A DNA stretch of 64,000 bases. Origin: Octopus bimaculoides (Eukaryota). Location: NCBI RefSeq assembly GCF_001194135.2, contig NC_068981.1:125394422-125458421 (forward strand), read 5' to 3'. Positions 48,201 through 60,278 of the stretch are shown here, one piece after another. A model generated the notes under the pieces. The model ran no database searches. It was not told the origin of the DNA and worked only from the letters and a program-made list of their open reading frames with translations. Each line of letters starts with the position of its first letter. The first letter of the stretch is position 1. The position numbers were made by a program, and so were the translations under genes.

Positions 48201-50810
48201 ACTGCCCTTGGTTTTTGTTGACTCTGCCCCACCAGCTCTTACACAGGCTTATACAGCAGACCCAAAAGTGCTTCCTTCACTAATAGTTTTGTGTGGGATA
48301 GACCATCTCCATTACCCTCCACTAGCTATGCTACCAATAATGATGTTTGTGGACTATGGTTTAGCATTCAGCATTTTTTATCCAAACTAAGATGGGTTCA
48401 AATTCATTAGAGTAAACCATGTCTTTCAACTAACCAGCATACAATATGTATATTTAGTAAATAAATGGAAGTCAAAGTGGATTAATGTGAGAAGTGGAAT
48501 GACATAAGGATCAACACCCAGACTAGTTCTATTCCTCGTGAGAAGTGAAATCAATTTCTAAATTAAAACTAGTTTTATTTACATCAAGATTGAATTACAA
48601 TTCAATTACAAGGAAACACAAAAAAAACAAACGAAAGGAGGGATTAAGCAGTAGAAAATGGGGGGGGGGGTACACCCCAGAACAAATGGCAAGTTCAGCC
48701 GTGCCCTATGGATATTATTGTGATGGTGTGACCATAGAGAATGGCCTGTAACACTTGCAACAGTGTTTCCTATATTGGAAATGATTTTATAAGGATGGTG
48801 GATTGGCAAAATTGCTAGTGTGAAACAAATTGACTAGCAGTATTTAGTTATGGTTCTTTATATTCTGAATTCAAATTCCACTAAGGTCAAAAGTCACCTT
48901 TGTTTCTCATCCCTCCAAGATTGATAAAATAAAGTATCAGTCAAATACTGACTTCAATGTAATCGACTAATTCTTCCACATCAAGATTTCTGACCTTCTG
49001 CCTAAATTTAAATTACTATTACAACAGTTCTTGTTTTTTCTGAATTAGTAAGCTTATAAACCACTTCCATTTAAGTCACTACTCTTCTTACAGTATCTTC
49101 CCAAACTCTGTAATAAACACTTCAACCAACCCTTCATCCTAACAGCTGCAGCTTTAGGGAACATTTTCCAATCCTAGTCTGTTTTTTTTTTCTTTCTTTG
49201 TTTTGTTACGATAGAAGTTCAATCTGATAACTGAATAGTATGATAATGCAGTCCTAGGAGACAATAACAAAATAAAAGATGGACAAGCAGTTGTTAATGG
49301 CATCAAAGCATTTATGAAATAGTTATACAGAACTGAGTATAAATATAACAAAGCAGAGAAACAGGAAAATCAGCTAAGTGAAAGTTCATAGCAATTCTTC
49401 ATATCCTGAAGGTAGATATCCTGAAAGTTTATACTCTAATATCACAGATAAAAGAGAAGAGGATCCAAGTAGTCCTTTATAGTAGTTCTTCATAGATTGG
49501 TAGATATCCATAGATTTCATAATCTAGCCTCACAGATAAGGGAAAGCACTAAGTTTGAAAAGAAAACAAGTGGAGTGGACATAGCTGAAATGTTTTTTGA
49601 TCACAGGTCTGCTTGAAAGGAGATAACCTAGGGCCGAACAACAATATTTGAATGTTCAAGTTAAATGTCAATGTTACTGATCTCACTAATCTAGGAAGGC
49701 CAGCAAGTACTATGAGCACTGCCCCTAATCCATATAAAACATTGAAAAGAAAAACATTTATTTGAAATTCTGCCAGGTCTCTGAAGGGAAATTTAAACTG
49801 ATCAGCAACACTAGAAAATAATACATTCTGATAAAGGATTATTTGTAAAAAGATTAGAAGATAATGTTCAAAAATATTTTATCAATAGTTTCGAAATAGA
49901 TATTTTCCTTTTGAGAATTCAAATTCAGTGTATTGTCATATTGAAACAGAAAGACAAAGAAAATGGAATCACAGCTAAAGTTTCATAAAATAACAGCTAT
50001 AAATATATTACATGTTAATAACAACCTACTAAAGGTTTAACATACATGAAAATAATAGTATATATACACTACCACAGATGATGCTTAATTCTATAAAAGG
50101 AAATAGCTTTCACTTTTTACTGAAACAATTTAGTGAATGAATATGATCCCTTAAGAGACCATGCTTATCTAACAAACAAAAGACTGTAATCTGAGCCAAA
50201 ATGAATTAAATAGTGCTTCAGGAGTCAGAACCATACATGCATATTCTCTGAAAGTTCAATTTCAGTAAGGTTTGCGTTGAGAATGTGAAGAGACATAACT
50301 AAACATTACAAGTCATAATAGGCACAGGCATGGCTAAGTGTTTAAAAAGCTTGCTTCCCAATGATGTTTCAGTTTCAGTGTCACTGACTGACACTTTGGA
50401 CACCTTGCTATAGCTCCCCAGGCCAAGCAAAGCCTTGTGAGTGTTTGTTGCCACTTCAACATGGTTGATCCATACAAACTGACATCACTACTGTTTTTAA
50501 CTCCAAGAGGATGCCATCTCTAATGATGCAATCTGCACCTGACATATATTGTAAGCAGGGAAGTGAACCCCCACCATTTCCTAGCAACATGACAGGACCA
50601 CCAGACCAGGCTGGTCCTCAGTGGTGGACACCCATCCGCTAGGGATGGCAGTAGTTCTCTCCAGCTTGCAATATATAGAAAAATAAGTGCAAGTCACTGA
50701 TCTTGCAACAAGCAAAGTAGCTAGTTAGAAAATCTCTATAAGAGATAAAAGTAGTAATTATACTGAGAAGTAATATTACTTCTCTGTGTAGTTGCTACTT
50801 TCATCTCATA

Positions 50811-51222
50811 TACTCTTTACTCTCTTTTACTTGTTTCAGTCATTTGACTGTGGCCATGCTGGGGCACTGCCTTTAGTCGAGCAAATCAACCCCCGAATTT
50901 ATTCTTTGTAAGCCTAGTACTTATTCTATCGGTCTCTTTTGGTGAACTGCTAAGTTACAGGGATGTAAACACACCAGCATCGGTTGTCAAGCGATGTTGG
51001 CGGGGACAAACACAGACACACAATCACACACTCATATATATATACATATACATATATACAACGATCTTCTTTCAGTTTCTGTCTACCAAATGCACTCACA
51101 AGGCTTTGGTCGGCCCGAGGCTATAGTAGAAGACACTTGCCCAAAGTGCCACGCAATGGGACTGAACCCGGAACCATGTGGTTGGTAAGCAAGCTACTTA
51201 CCACACAGCCACTCCTGCGCCT
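50811..51222 (-). mobile_element. Full-length SINE family 1, tail A
   Basis: Close to the copies at 4271, 32412 and 53519. Confidence 0.93.
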
Positions 51223-51255
51223 ATATAGAGATTTTCAAACTAAAAGTAGCCTGTC

Positions 51256-51347
<92 letters not shown>

Positions 51348-52059
51348 ACATACACTCTTGTTCTTGTACTGATATCATGTGATGACTATAAACAAGTATC
51401 ACTGACATATAAGCGATGTGGTTCATTTCCAGTCTTCTACAAAAAGCATGTCTGGGTATGGAGAAATATTACCTTACTTGGGAACAGGCAAGAGATGGCA
51501 ACAGGCCATAGAAAAACTGCCTCAATAAATTCCATGTGATTGGTGCAAGTATGGAAAAGTGGGCATCAAAACAATGATGATTTACAAGTTCTGCCTTCTA
51601 CCAACAGAATAGCAATAATATTAATTTCTAACATTGACAAAAAGCCATACACATCATGGCATGGTATCATCAATAAAATCAACCCCAGTTCTTGCACTCA
51701 TATTTAGTGTATCAACCCTGCCAGGAGGATGGGAAATTTAAGTCAGACACAGTGGCATTTGAATTCAGAACTACAAAGCTTCTGGTACTCAAATGCCACT
51801 CACAACCCTATATAGTAGTAGTAGTAGTACTACTACTACGACTACTACTACTACTACTACAATCATCATCATCATGGCAGTAAACAGGCAGAAGCTTTAG
51901 AGCATCACAGAAAACACCTTGTTATATTTCTTCCATTCCACCAAGGCAGAGTCAACTTCAGCAGTATTTGAACTCAGAATGTAATGAGCTGTGAGAAACG
52001 CTGTTACGCATTTCTTCCAACATTCAAACAGTTCTACAAGTTCACTTTAGTAATAAATG

Positions 52060-52460
52060 CCTTGATGCAATACCAGGCAGTGGTTCTCATGGCTTATGAT
52101 ATTAATTGATTGGAAGTGTTATCATGTACATGCTTTGTCTTGGTGTAAAAGATGGGCTGTAGCAAATATTCTGCTCACTACTACAGATTTGCTTGTCAGT
52201 TGCTTAACTTTAACCATTTGAGCATGTCCTTTGATGGCTGACAATATGTGCATCTCTGATCACAAGCAGGAGTAGTGGGGGAGCATAATAGCCATCTGTT
52301 GAGAGAACTTCTTTGGAGTTTGAATTATTTACCCCATGAAACATAGGTGTTTTATTCATCATCCTTAAACAACCCTTATTCAGGGATCTTTTGAGAGGGA
52401 TGGGCTACTCGACCTGAAGAAAATTCTAACTGGGCCCGACCTGCAAGATGGTGTGTGCAA
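52060..52460. repeat. Unclassified repeat-like segment adjoining (AAT)n
   Basis: GC-richer than its flanks, non-coding, ends at a long (AAT)n; no second copy seen in the window. Confidence 0.35.
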
Positions 52461-52472
52461 CTCTCTCACTCA

Positions 52473-52536
<64 letters not shown>

Positions 52537-52537
52537 C

Positions 52538-52880
52538 NNNNNNNNNNNNNNNNNNNNNNNNNNNNNNNNNNNNNNNNNNNNNNNNNNNNNNNNNNNNNNN
52601 NNNNNNNNNNNNNNNNNNNNNNNNNNNNNNNNNNNNNNNNNNNNNNNNNNNNNNNNNNNNNNNNNNNNNNNNNNNNNNNNNNNNNNNNNNNNNNNNNNNN
52701 NNNNNNNNNNNNNNNNNNNNNNNNNNNNNNNNNNNNNNNNNNNNNNNNNNNNNNNNNNNNNNNNNNNNNNNNNNNNNNNNNNNNNNNNNNNNNNNNNNNN
52801 NNNNNNNNNNNNNNNNNNNNNNNNNNNNNNNNNNNNNNNNNNNNNNNNNNNNNNNNNNNNNNNNNNNNNNNNNNNNNNNN
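52538..52880. other. Assembly gap (N) inside (AAT)n
   Basis: Run of N. Confidence 0.99.
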
Positions 52881-52923
<43 letters not shown>

Positions 52924-52974
52924 CAACAAGACTTGAAATCTGAGGGGAAGGGAGTTAGTCAATTACATCAATTA

Positions 52975-53175
52975 CTTCCTGTTTCTGTTGTGCCTGTAAT
53001 TCAAAGGGTCAGCCTTGTCACACTGTGTCATGTTAAATATTTCCGAGAACTACGTTAAGGGTACACGTGTCTGTGGAGTGCTCAGCCACTTGCACGTTAA
53101 TTTCACGAGCAGGCTGTTCTTTTGATCGGATCAACTGGAACCTTCGACATCGTAAGTGACGGAGTGCCAACAACA
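52975..53175 (+). mobile_element. SINE family 3, 3' half
   Basis: 'tacttcctgtttctgttgtgcctgtaattcaaaggg...gatcggatcaactggaacc...gacggagtgccaacaac'. Confidence 0.9.
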
Positions 53176-53518
53176 TATGAGTGTTTCTAATATAGGCACA
53201 AGGTCAGCAATTTTGAGAGAAGGGGAGTAATCAATACCAGTAGCTCCAGAACGTGACATACCTTATTTTATTGAGTCTGGAGAAATGAAAGGCAAAACTG
53301 ATTTGGTGGGATTCAAACTTAGAATATAAAAGCTAGAAAAACTACTGCAAGGCTTTTATTTCTGTCTATGTCCATCACCTTTAATTGTTTGTAATATAGG
53401 CAAATAGTCTGAAATGTTGGAGAAGGAGATAGTTAAATTGAAAAGTTTTTTACTTTATTGACACTGATGAAAGGCAAAATTAACCTAAGTGTAATTTGAA
53501 AAAAGAATATAAAGATAT

Positions 53519-53927
53519 AGGCGCAGGAGTGGCTGTGCGGTAAGTAGCTTGCTTACCAATCACATAGTTCTGGCTTTAGTCCCACTGCATGGCACCTTGG
53601 GCAAGTGTCTTCTACTATAGCCTCGAAACAACCAAAGCCTTGTGAGTGGATTTGGTAGACAGAAACTGAAAGAAGCCAGTCGTATATATATATGTATATA
53701 TATATGTGTATGTGTGTTTGTGTTTGTACCCCCAACATCACTTGACAACCGATGCTGATGTGTTTAGGTCCCCCGTAACTTAGCAGTTCAGCAAAAGAAA
53801 CTGATAGAATAAGTACTAGGCTTACAAAGAATAAGTTCTGGGGTCGATTTGCTCAACTAAAGGTGGTGCTCCAGCATGGCCGCAGTCAAATGACTGAAAC
53901 AAGTAAAAGAGTAAAAAGTAAAGAGTA
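53519..53927 (+). mobile_element. Full-length SINE family 1, tail A
   Basis: As for 32412-32838. Confidence 0.93.
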
Positions 53928-55374
53928 TATGAAACAAATATTGCAAGGTATATTGTCCAATACTCTAAAAGTTGTGACAATCTGCCATTTTTAATCATAA
54001 TAATAATGGTTTCTGATTTAGGCACAAGCCAGCAATTTTGAGGCTTGGGTAGTTGATTCCATCAACGCTGAAAAAATGAAAGGCAAAGGTGACCTCAGCT
54101 TCTTTCTGATTTTGATGGGATATGAGCTCAGAATGTAAAGAACCAAAACATATTCTGCAAAGTATTATACGCTGATGCTCCGGCAACTCTGCTAATCCTA
54201 AATATATGGATGCAATGCAAACTGAAGCTGTAATACATTTTGTCTGCTGATTTACCGATTCTGACAACAAGTTAACACATCTTTATAATGTACTGCACAA
54301 TTATCAAGTTATGTTATCTATATCTATCTTGACTGCTGACATTATGACTTCTAACAAGCTATGACAAAGTGCTGAGAACTTGTTAATTTAACAGGAAATT
54401 GTAATCTTTCTTTGTAAATTAGCTAAGAACAGAGAATATGCTTCTTCATATATAATTTAAATGGAAAGTCTACATCTTCCTCTCCATTTAATATAAAATT
54501 CACCAATGGAATATCAAATTATTTTTCTCCTTGATTAAGCTCTCCCTGTAACAGTTCCATTATTAGTTTTTTTTTCTTCCTTTTTTTCCTCCTACAAAAG
54601 ATTACTACGAAGAAGATTATTTAAATTAAAAAGAGATACAATAGTAATTTAAAACAACTAACACAATCTCCACTATATAGAAATAATGATGCATTAAAAT
54701 GCTGCAAAATGTATCAATAAGAACTTAAATACATGAAACATTATCATATATTCTATATACTAAATGAAAAGCCATGCCCCAGTCAGTGGGGTGTAAATTT
54801 CTAAATATACAAAATATAGTAACTACACAATGCATGTTGCATCACTTGGCTGTTAATTTATGCACTGAAAGGTGACATTTAACTATGCCAATAATCATCC
54901 AAGTGTCACATCTGACAAACTGCATGCATAGATCTATACACTGTGAATTTTTCTGGGCCTCTTCATATGCTATTTTCAGATCAGCCAGAAGCAAATCGAT
55001 TCTATAAATGTTTTCTCGGCAGAATGTAGCAAGCAAGCCTACTAGTACATATAACTACAAAAAAGTGATGAAAGCCACTTAATGACACAGAATGAATAAG
55101 TATAAAGTATTTAGACACTGATGAATGAAAAAATACAAAATGAAATGTTAACATTAAACAACACCAAGGGTTTGTTGTTTGATGTGAATATCATACCTCA
55201 CCCATGAATTTATTACTCTGAGCATTTATATGTTATAAATATTTTGGTGTTATTTACATATAACTTTGAATTTTTCGGCTCATAATCAGGATATTTCAAA
55301 ACCCAAAGTAGTCTGAGTGCTTTAAGTCACTTTCATAATGTTCTGTTACCTATACATAGTACTGTTGTAATGTA

Positions 55375-55512
55375 TGGATGCATTGGGCACTTGCCCAGGG
55401 GCCCAACAGGTTTAGGAACCCAATGCAAATCAATGTATGTTGTAGTTGTGTTTATTGGAGCTCCAGGACACTGCTTTGCCCAGAGGCCTATAGTGCTGTT
55501 AGACAGCCCTGC
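55375..55512. mobile_element. hAT-like MITE remnant
   Basis: 'gggcacttgcccaggggccc...gcccagaggcctatagtgctgttagacagccctg' resembles CAGGGCCG-ended hAT MITE ends. Confidence 0.4.
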
Positions 55513-55744
55513 CTATACGTTAGTGTATGTTACTACAACAACTATGGAATATCATCTTCATCAGTTGATGGTGACAAGTAACATTGATGCAATGATGGAA
55601 TGTTTTTTTCTTTTTACATATCTCAGATGAAATCAGATTTATCTATATATTTCAGTGTTGCAAAGTCATTCATGAGATCACTATATCAGACTGGGGCCAG
55701 CAGTAACTGTCCTAATCAGGCAACCTAATTTTTATTTCATTAAG

Positions 55745-55950
55745 TTATGCCAGTGCTGCCTGACTGGCCCCCATGCCAGTGGCACGTAAAAAGCACCCAC
55801 TGCACTCTCAGAGTCATTGGCATTAGGAGGGGCATCCAGCTGTAGAAACCTTGCCAGATCAGATTGAAGCCTGGTGCAGCCTCATGGTTTGCCAATCCCC
55901 AGTTAAACCGTCAACCCATGCCAGCATGGAAAGCAAACGTTAAACAATGA
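55745..55950 (+). mobile_element. RTE-tail-type retroposon (family 4)
   Basis: Matches 41375-41580 and includes one 'gtggcacgtaaaaagcaccc' unit. Confidence 0.85.
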
Positions 55951-56319
55951 TAATGTGGGAACAGGTATGGCAGTGCAGTGAAAAGTTTGCTTTGCTGCCA
56001 TGTGGTACTGGGTTCAAACCCACTGCATGGCACCTTGGCAAATGAAGATTAGCTATGCAGTGAAAGAGATGTGGGACATGATGTAAAGTGTCATTGCAAT
56101 CTAGACATACATTGACTATTTCTGCATCTATAAGACAGCAACAGTCATTTAACATAGATCAAAACTCGGGAATGAAAGTGTGCCATTTGGCAGCTTTGTG
56201 TTCCATGTTGGGTATTTTACTTCTTATTGATTACAATAAGTTAGGTGGTGGGTAACTGCATCACAATCAATTTGGGTTTCATTATATAGCTAGCATGAAA
56301 GAGATGAATAATACATATA

Positions 56320-56520
56320 ACAAAGATGTCAGAGTTGTGATGGCATGAGAGGCACAATAACAAGGGTGTTAGAAAAGTGTTGACAAGCAAGGTACAATAA
56401 CAAGAATGTTAGAGTTGTCACAATAAGAGAAATACAGGAGCAAGGGTATTAGGTTTGTTATAACGAGAGACATAAAAGCAAGGGTGTCTGATGAGAGCAG
56501 AGAGGAAGAATAAGAAGATT
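56320..56520. repeat. Degenerate ~42-bp tandem repeat
   Basis: Recurring 'acaataacaagggtgttag' and 'agcaagggt' blocks. Confidence 0.55.
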
Positions 56521-57984
56521 GTCCAAGTTACCAAGTAACTGACAAAAATTATTTCACTCTTTAATGAAATGATTAAGTTATTTCACTTAGTTTTCATCTA
56601 CTTGAGATAGTTTACAACTGAGAAATTGATATTAATTATATGCATTGATACAATATTCCTTCAGCTTCTATTGACTTCTAGTATCTAAGAAAGAATTGTG
56701 GTAACAGAGAACATTCTGGTAAGAATTACATTACTGAGATGAAGTAATGAGAATGAATATAGAATCTTTTTTATCTTTCAAATATATAACTTACTTTCTT
56801 CTTTAATGCTGGAATGCCTTGAGACAATTTAAGATAACTGCGATGCTAAATGAAATTCTTTGTCAAGTTAATAGGATTTGCTGAAGCAATTATTTTAAAA
56901 TCAATAATTGATTTACAAATCAACCTTATTTACATAGTTATTTTCTGAATATGTTTTTATTGTTTACATTCTTCTTCATTAAAAAGAAATATGATAATAC
57001 AAAAGATATGCATAATTTTATATATTCCTATTTATTTATATTTCAAAAGCATCAACTGAAATCTTTTAGGAAAGCAGAAAAAAAAAATTAAAAAATTGGA
57101 ACACTTATGATAAAGATATAGAAAAACTAATAATGGTTACTGATTTAACAACCATTATATATTCTTTATGATAAAATAAATTATAAATAGTGTTTATTTA
57201 TTTTTTTTTTTTTACATTTTGTAAATACATAAAATTAGAACCCAGTGAATAGTTCTTCAATAATTAAATTATTTTTCAACATTGTTTATTATTTTCCTCA
57301 GTAATGAACAAAAATTACATTGAACAAAAAGATAATACTCATATGTATACCAGATATTGTATAAAAATGAGAAGCATCTCAATGCTGTATAGATTTTATT
57401 TAATAATTGACTGATAAGCTGTCAATCTGAACACAACACCCTGACACTATCAAATCATATTATGATCAGATCGGCAGATTTCCATTAAAAGTTTCAGAAG
57501 GTCATGTAAGTCTCCAAAACAAAGATTAGCTTTCATACAAGAAGTAAATGATGAATATAATAGAATTTATATGTTATTCATCCGTTCTTAATCAACCAAT
57601 TAAATGTAAAGTATCAGAATGCTCAAGTTTTATTACATAATTATATCCTGTTCTTGTGTAAGAAGAACTACAAAAGTCCTTGTCAAATTCCATTTAGCTG
57701 AGTGCACAACTAATAACGCATTCTCACTTTATTTCTATCTGTTCTGTAGTTACAAGTAAACAGAGTGGGTGTGGTTTAGCACTTACCTTAGAAACAGTAC
57801 CAAAGACAGGATATGAACATATAACTTTTGAGCTGAGAGATTAATACTTTATCCACTTGGCTTTTGCTATACTTTGGCACTATAAGAGAATATTTCATTT
57901 ATGACAACTGTATTAAGAAAATTATCGAAGGATAGCAAATAACAATGCAGTAATTACCCAATGTAATTAATACTCACTCAGCTT

Positions 57985-58330
57985 GCAGGTATAGCAGTGT
58001 GGTTAAGAAGTTCACTTTGCAACCACATGGTTTTGAGTTCAGTCCCACTGCATGGCACAAGTAAGTGCCTTTCACAACAGCCCTGAGTTGATCAATACCT
58101 TGTAAATGAATTTGGTAGAGGGAAACTGTTTTCCCTTTCACATAACTTGACAGCCAGTGTTGGTTTGTTTATGGCCCTCATAATTTAGCTGTTCAGCACA
58201 AGAGACTCATAGAATAAGTACCAGACTTTAAAAAATAAGTATTAGGGTTGATTTATTTGACTAAAAACCTTCAAGGTGATGGCCCAGCATAGTTACAGTC
58301 TGATGACTAAAACAAGTAAAAGGTAAGCAT
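57985..58330 (+). mobile_element. SINE family 1, tail A, degenerate
   Basis: Head 'gcagtgtggttaagaagttcactttgcaaccacatggttttgagttcagtccc'; tail 'cccagcatagttacagtctgatgactaaaacaagtaaa'. Confidence 0.82.
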
Positions 58331-58367
58331 AAAAAGAAACAATCACATTGTGAAGGAGACAATGTGT

Positions 58368-58620
58368 GTGGCATTCCGTCAATTACGATGACAAGGGTTT
58401 CATTTGATCTAAATCAACAGAACAGCCTGCTCGTGAAATTAACGTGCAAGTGGCTGAGCACTCCACAGACATGTATACCCTTAACATATTTCTCAGAGAG
58501 ATTCAGCATGACACAGAAATAAAGTATATTCCTCAAGGACATAATGCATACCTGGATATTGACCTCACAACCTTATGATTGGGAGCCAAAAACCCTGACC
58601 ACTAAGCCAAACACCTTTGG
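58368..58620 (-). mobile_element. SINE with the family-3 tail, degenerate
   Basis: 'ggcattccgtcaattacgatgacaagggttt...acagcctgctcgtgaaattaacgtgcaagtggctgagcactcc'. Confidence 0.8.
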
Positions 58621-59028
58621 AAGAAACAATACAGCTATTTAAAACACCTTACATATCACTACATTGATTTTCGACATATTTTCTGATGATATTATATCCT
58701 ATACAGATTAGAAATATTCTGTTGAACATTTACAATCTTGCCACTCACACATTTCCACTAATTAACTAATTTGAATTTCACATAAAAAAAATCATATATT
58801 TTTGAGATTTTTACAAGTTTTCACAATGCATGCGAGTGTTTAATGGCTTTGCAAATCTGGTTATAGTTGGATACTTTTAGAAGAAAACAATTATGCTCTT
58901 CATACTGCCTTCTAACTAAATGTGAACTTATATTCAATTATTGTCAACAAAACAAACCAAGTTAAGTAAAGTAAAGTGCACAAAACTAATGGTAAGGATA
59001 TTAATTTGTGATCATTATCATTCTGCCA

Positions 59029-59340
59029 TCTATATATATAAAAATGAGAATGTGTGTCTGTCTGTCTGTGTGAATCCCTAAAACTCGAGAACTACGCAAC
59101 CAATTTCATTCAAATTTTACAGATGCCTTACTTAGGGTTCCAGTTGTGTTTTAGTCAAAAAAAATTTTAACTTCTTGCAGAGTTCGAGCCCACGGCAACA
59201 TAATATCTCCTCCACTATTTAAGTATTACGTGTCAAAAGTGAAACAAAAACACTCATGTCAAATACTTTCACTTTAAAAATGAAACTATTCTACTAACTG
59301 AAACAATCACATTTCGATACTGTAATGACAGATACTTTCA
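59029..59340 (+). mobile_element. Non-autonomous Helitron-like 5' portion
   Basis: A|TCTATATATATAAAA start, (GTCT)n, then 'ctcgagaactacgcaaccaatttcattcaaatttt', typical of small non-autonomous Helitrons. A related motif 'aaaagtactgaacggatctttatgaaattt' occurs near 59722. Confidence 0.6.
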
Positions 59341-59403
59341 GAGAGAGAGAGAAAGAGAGAAAGAGAGAGAGAGAGATGTATATGTATACATATAGATGTA
59401 TAT

Positions 59404-59588
59404 NNNNNNNNNNNNNNNNNNNNNNNNNNNNNNNNNNNNNNNNNNNNNNNNNNNNNNNNNNNNNNNNNNNNNNNNNNNNNNNNNNNNNNNNNNNNNNNNN
59501 NNNNNNNNNNNNNNNNNNNNNNNNNNNNNNNNNNNNNNNNNNNNNNNNNNNNNNNNNNNNNNNNNNNNNNNNNNNNNNNNNNNNNNNN
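59404..59588. other. Assembly gap (N)
   Basis: Run of N. Confidence 0.99.
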
Positions 59589-59984
59589 ATGTAATATGTA
59601 CACATATATACATATATATACATGCATACAGATATCTATACATATATACACCCATCACACACAAACACATGCACACAAACACACACATTAGTAATTTGTT
59701 TTCTTATCCAAAACTACGTCAAAAGTACTGAACGGATCTTTATGAAATTTGGAAATTACATTCTATGCATAACGGCCATAACTCCCATGAAAATTCATAT
59801 ATTTTTGATGTTGATGAAATTTTAACCCGAACATAACAGATGAGCATTATTTGTAATTCAAAGGTACAACAGTGTAAGACTACCCTTTCAGATATACTTA
59901 CATTGTGATTTCTGCAATGTGGTGCATAAATTGTCAAGTAAATGAGACGCATCTTTGCCTCCACTGATTCACTTGCAAAGTGTT

Positions 59985-60278
59985 GAGTAAAATGATTGTA
60001 AGGTTGTGAGTTCAATTCCCAACAATGCATTGAGTCCTCGAGCAAAACACTTTATTTCATGTTGCTTCAGTCCTCTCAGCTAGCAAACATCAGTAGTACC
60101 TGTATTTCAAAGGGCTAGCCTTGTCACACTCAGTGTCATGATGAATCTCCCTAGGAACTACATTAAGGGTACATGTGTCTGTGGAGAGTCAGCTACTTGT
60201 ACATTAATTTCATAAGTAGAGTGTTCCATTGATCAGATCAACTGGAACCCTTGTTGTTGTAAGCGACGGAATGCCAGT
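59985..60278 (+). mobile_element. SINE with a different head joined to the family-3 tail
   Basis: Head 'gtgagttcaattccc...gagtcctcgagcaaaacactttatttcatgttgcttcagtcc'; tail 'ttcaaagggctagccttgtcacac...gatcagatcaactggaaccc...gcgacggaatgcc'. Confidence 0.75.

Noticed and set aside
54842-55036. Helical-looking minus ORF and an overlapping plus-strand acceptor near 54979
   Set aside because: No canonical donor, no recognisable motif, and the ORF length is within chance expectation.
57787-57832. 46-nt minus-strand exon candidate (ctctcag|...AAG|GTAAGT)
   Set aside because: Good splice sites but no partner exons or homology; isolated site pairs arise by chance in 64 kb.
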